A stretch of 64,000 nucleotides of DNA, taken from positions 79,112,001-79,176,000 of the forward strand of contig NC_042997.1 in the NCBI RefSeq assembly GCF_006345805.1. Direction: 5' to 3'. Shown here one piece after another: positions 61,256-64,000 of the stretch. This stretch comes from Octopus sinensis. Taxonomy: Eukaryota. Each line of letters starts with the position of its first letter. The first letter of the stretch is position 1. The translations under genes were made by a program, and so were the position numbers. The notes beneath the pieces were generated by a model. It was not told where the DNA came from. It saw nothing but the letters and a program-made list of their open reading frames with translations, and did no database searches.

Positions 61256-62250
61256 AATATTCTGTACGTGAGAAAGACCAGGCAGGACAATGAGCCCAGC
61301 CACTTATGAATGCCTTTCCTCCCTTGGACACAAAGACCGGTTGAGGCAAGCGAAGTCGATATAGAACCTCATCCGACGACAGACCCCATCCCAACCCCCC
61401 ATGCTTGCGAAGACATGTTGGGGCAAGCGAAATCGAAATCGAAAACGAAACCGAATTGAACCAGCCAGGATCCCTGGCCTGGTGGTACGTAAAAAGCACT
61501 ATCCGACTCGGGGCCGTGGCACGTAAAATACTCCAATGCGACCGTACGACAGGCACCCATGCCAACCCCCTTTGCTTGTGAAGACATGTTGGGGCAAGCG
61601 AAATCGAAATCGAATTGAACCAGCCAGGATCCCTGGTCTGGTGGTACGTAAAGCACTATCCGACTCTGCCGTGGCCGTAAATACTCCAATGCGACCGTAC
61701 GACAGGCACCCTTGCCACCCCCTTTGCTTGTGAAGACATGTTGGGGCAAGCGAAATCGAAATCGAATTGAACCAGCCAGTATCCCTGGTCTGGTGGTACG
61801 TAAAGCACTATCCGACTCGTGGCCGTGGCACGTAAAATACTCCAATGCGACCGTACGACAGGCACCCTTGCCACCCCCTTTGCTTGTGAAGACATGTTGG
61901 GGCAAGCGAAATCGAATCGAATTGAACCAGCCAGGATCCCTGGTCTGGTGGTACGTAAAAAGCACTATCCGACTCGTGGCCGATGCCACCCGCCTCGACT
62001 GGCTTCCGTGCCGGTGGCACATAAAATACAACCGTTGCCAGCCCCGCCTGGCACCTTGAAGGTGGCACGTAAAAAAGCACCCACTACACTCACGAGTGGT
62101 TGGCGTTAGGAAGGGCATCCAGCTGTAGAAACATTGCCAAATTAGACTGGAGCCTGGTGCAGCCTTCTGGCTTCCCAGAACCCCGGTCGAACCGTCCAAC
62201 CCATGCTAGCATGGAGAACCGGACGTTAAACGACGATGATGTGATGATGA
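61256..62250 (+). mobile_element. RTE 3'-UTR-only element with four internal tandem units of 152-171 bp
   Basis: Homologous to the RTE UTR at 31000-31600; units start at 61403, 61574, 61726 and 61882; tail GGACGTTAAACGACGATGATG; CpG-rich, so probably young. Confidence 0.85.
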
Positions 62251-62385
62251 TAGATATATTATATATGTATATAATTGTATATATAATATGTTATATATAT
62301 ATATGTAATATATATATATGTATATATATATATTGTATATAATATATATGTATAATATATATAATAAATATATAATATATATATG

Positions 62386-62417
<32 letters not shown>

Positions 62418-62732
62418 ATATATAATATATATATATATATGTATATATATAATATATGATATATTAATATGTATATTCTATATATATGTATATATGTATA
62501 TATATATGTATTATGTATATTATTATGTATTATATATCTATATATGTATATATATATATTGTATGTAATTATATATAGTGTATGTATATATATATATATG
62601 TATGTATATATATATATATGTATATATAATATATATATATTTATGTATATATATATATATATGTATGTATTATCTATATATGTATGTATATATTATATAT
62701 GTATAGATATATATATATATATATATATGTAT
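62251..62732. repeat. (TA)n/(TATG)n array
   Basis: Direct reading. Confidence 0.95.
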
Positions 62733-64000
62733 ACTCTTTTACTCTTTTACTCTTTTACTTGTTTCAGCCATCCGGCTGAGGCCATGCTGGGGCAACGCCC
62801 TTGTTGCTACCCCTCTCAAGTCCAGTTTTGCCGTGGCTGGCCACTGATCTAAGAGAGAGTTTGTAGCTGCTGCCCTTAGGTTACCTTCGTACCTTGCAGT
62901 GGGTTCATCTGGGATCCCGGAAAGCAGCTTGTCTAGATGTTTTTTGAAATGTCCACATCCGCATCATGTAGATCTCTTAGTTTTCTTGGCAGTTTGTTGA
63001 ACAGCTGAGGGCCCCTGAACCCCAGGCTATTACAGTATCTGCTCCTTACCCTGGATGTGGAAGACGGGACCTTTGGCACCACACATGACGTCCTGTACGG
63101 GGATTGGAACAGCTCTCAATTCCAAATTTGGTGCTAGTCCCCTCCAGGATTTTCCATATGTATATCACTGCATATCTCTCTCGTCTTCGTTCCAAGGAGT
63201 ACAAAATTGAGTTCCCTAAGCCTCTCCCAATAGTTCTTTTCTTTCGTGGTGGAAATCCTCTTGTGAAATGTCTTTGGATTGTCTCAAGCTCTGTGGTTAG
63301 TTTGACACTATGCGGTGACCACAGTTGGGACAGTAGTCCAGGCGGCTTAGGACAAATGTCCTCCATAGTGTCAACATGGTCCTCCAGTCTCTTGTCCGGA
63401 ATGTCCTCAGGATCCAGCCTGAGTCGTCGCACATTGTCGCCACCTTCGCGATGTGTGAAGAAAAAGATGCATCGTCACTCATGTCTATCCCCAGGTCCCC
63501 GTATTGATTTCGATACTGGATTTCGATCCCTCTTGACCAGTATAGTTGTGTGTATGTATATGTGTTTACAGCTTGATATTGTAAGGCTTGAAATTTACCA
63601 GCATTAAATTGCATGTTGTTGTCTTCAGCCCTTTGTATATGGCATCCGATCTTGTTGTAAAGGTCAGCATCAGCTGGGTTTTTTTTTTGATGCCTGTGCT
63701 ACCTTTGTGTCATCAGCATAGCTAGTGAGGATGTTGTTTGTGCTACCAAGGGCATGTCAGAGAGCGCCACCAAAACAGCAAGGGTCCCAAGACTGTGCCC
63801 TGTGGCACCCCTTGCTATTGGTGTCTTTCCCGAGAGGGCTCCATTGGCTGCAACCATCTGGCTTCTGTCCTTCGGAGTCATGTATCCACTCACCTACTTT
63901 TCCTGTTATGCCGAGTCTGAGTAATTTGTGACATATCACTCCGCTGTGTCGACTTTGTCAAAGGCCTTCGCAAAGTCGAGATATACCACATCCACCTGTG
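62733..64000 (-). mobile_element. CR1-clade LINE, second subfamily, 3' part (continues beyond the window)
   Basis: YLDFAKAFDK at the window end, MQFNAGKFQAL, VLSRLDYC, YSLERRRERYAVIYIWKILEG; tail (AAGAGTA)n. Confidence 0.92.

Noticed and set aside
61369-62199. 276-aa ORF and a CRISPR-like repeat appearance
   Set aside because: The ORF is antisense to the tandem RTE-UTR units. The repeats are contiguous without unique spacers, there are no cas genes, and the DNA is eukaryotic.
6190-64000. Minus-strand bias of LINE fragments suggesting a uni-strand piRNA cluster
   Set aside because: 11 of 16 LINE fragments are on the minus strand; the one-sided binomial probability is about 0.105, which is not convincing without piRNA data.

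Overview
AT-rich animal genomic DNA. The repeat families and (TA)n, (CA)n and (GA)n tracts resemble octopus/coleoid cephalopod sequence; this is inferred from recalled repeat consensus, not from a database search. Only one host-gene segment is supported: the terminal coding exon of a UNC93A-like MFS membrane protein (7044-7288, +). The rest is a transposon landscape: RTE, CR1 and R4/Dong-type LINEs, at least three SINE families, Tc1, three mariner copies, hAT transposase remnants, hAT and piggyBac MITEs, a non-autonomous Helitron, a Gypsy gag-protease relic, kb-scale (TA)n arrays and a 100-N gap (54947-55046). The most notable object is an apparently full-length ~5.5-kb CR1-clade LINE (55260-60751, -) lying in (TA)n DNA. 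Its ORF1 combines a Myb/SANT-like (trihelix) N-terminus with a CCCH zinc finger, and a long tandem-repeat 5' region precedes it. Several covarying RNA hairpins in LINE/SINE tails, two hammerhead-like motifs and several long fold-back structures are also visible. Nearly all Tyr/Ile-rich ORFs in the supplied track are microsatellite artefacts.
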